A model generated the notes under the pieces. It did no database searches, was not told where the DNA came from, and saw nothing but the letters and a program-made list of their open reading frames with translations. From Camelus ferus (Eukaryota), in the NCBI RefSeq assembly GCF_009834535.1, contig NC_045696.1, positions 21,082,001 through 21,146,000 of the forward strand: a stretch of DNA of 64,000 nt, in the 5' to 3' direction. The translations under genes were made by a program, and so were the position numbers. Of the stretch, positions 62,909 through 64,000 are shown piece by piece. Each line of letters begins with the position of its first letter. Position 1 is the stretch's first letter.

Positions 62909-64000
62909 TAGAATGCTTTCTTATTAGACAGAGAGTGATTTTCTGGAGTAAAATAATAGATAATAAAAGTTGCTGTATTTTTCATTGCTGTACAAGAAAA
63001 TTTCAATCTGAGTTTTTGACAAGAAGTTATTAGATAACAACTGCTCTTCAAGTAACTTCACATTGATTCATTGTACTTCGGATGAAACATTTGCTGAGAA
63101 CAGTGTTCTTGTGAAAGTGGTTTAAAATTACATTACATCATTCATAAAGCAACTTGGTATGAACATTGGGAAGCTGTATGCATTTGTTTCTTTCTATCCA
63201 ATAATGAGTCCCCAAAGAACTCTTCAAGATTTTATCAAATTTAATATTATTGGTAGCCAGGAGGGAAATTTTATCAGTTTAATTGAAAGATATTCAATAA
63301 TTATAGGTAAACTGTTTTTTTTTAAATATAAAAAACAGAGTTTGCTTCTTTCACTGAGGAAGAGAGCTTTTGTAGACTTCATTTGTGTGTGTGCGTGTAT
63401 ATGTGTTGATTTTATTATTATATTTATTTTCTCCTTTTATGTAGCAATCAAGATGCAATTCAGTTCTTAGCGTCCTTTTCTAAAGTTTTGAATACTTCAG
63501 TTAATATTTTCCTTCATTCATTACAACTTTAATTCTTCCTTGACTCTGTATTTGATTGTTTGAAGCAATATATTACTAAAAGGAGATTGACTCAAAAGGA
63601 TTCTAATATAAAAATGTAAATGATGAAAATATTCTACAAGGAAATAGAATAACTGACCTAAGACCCAGAGATCCCAGGTATGGATCTGTTAAGCCTCCAT
63701 TCTCAGGAACTCCAGAGCAGTTTCCATTTCATTTGAAATAGGACCAGGTCCTTGGGATGAAGATCTGTAAGGTATAATGAATGCACTTCAATCTCTCATT
63801 TATTCAGCAAACATCTAACCTCTTATGCAACACAACACGAAGTAGAGAGCAAAGTTCTGGGAATTCTATTCTTAAGAAACAGACACAAACACATACAAAC
63901 ATCACACTCTTAGATTTTAATCTGGAAGACTAAAGGTTCAAGATAAAAGAAAAAAAAAGGAGAATTTGAAAAAATGGAAACGTTTGTGGGAAAAGAAAAT

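Noticed and set aside
183..63470. Short 60-110 aa ORFs outside L1
   Set aside because: They overlap microsatellites or decayed repeats, with no recognisable protein motifs or coherent exon chain.
1..64000. CRISPR arrays, prokaryotic systems, NUMTs, processed pseudogenes, ERV coding regions
   Set aside because: No repeat-spacer arrays or recognisable mitochondrial, viral or host coding sequence seen; ERV traces are solo LTRs or decayed MaLR remnants. Highly diverged fragments could be missed without a search.

Overview
AT-rich mammalian non-genic (intergenic or deep intronic) DNA. The host is very probably a camelid, inferred from a Vic-1-like tRNA-Ala SINE and the absence of recognisable Alu, BovB or Bov-tA. 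No host protein-coding exon can be supported; all convincing ORFs belong to LINE-1. The dominant feature is a young, full-length (~7.1 kb) minus-strand L1 at 37439-44525 with a CpG-rich 5' UTR, ORF1 broken by three stops, and ORF2 open for ~890 codons before C-terminal frameshifts. It has a perfect 16-bp target-site duplication at a canonical TTTT/AA site. Between its own A-tail and a second A-tail it carries a 61-bp non-L1 segment with its own ATTAAA signal, i.e. an L1 3' transduction. The rest is a layered repeat record: an older 5'-truncated L1, several TSD-flanked L1 3'-end stubs, an ancient L1MC/MD with an inverted (twin-priming-like) structure, solo ERV LTRs (two MER41-like), MaLR LTRs, MER82, L2/MIR and microsatellites. 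I found no evidence for a wholly new biological system. Repeat family names are from recalled consensus sequences, not from a database search.
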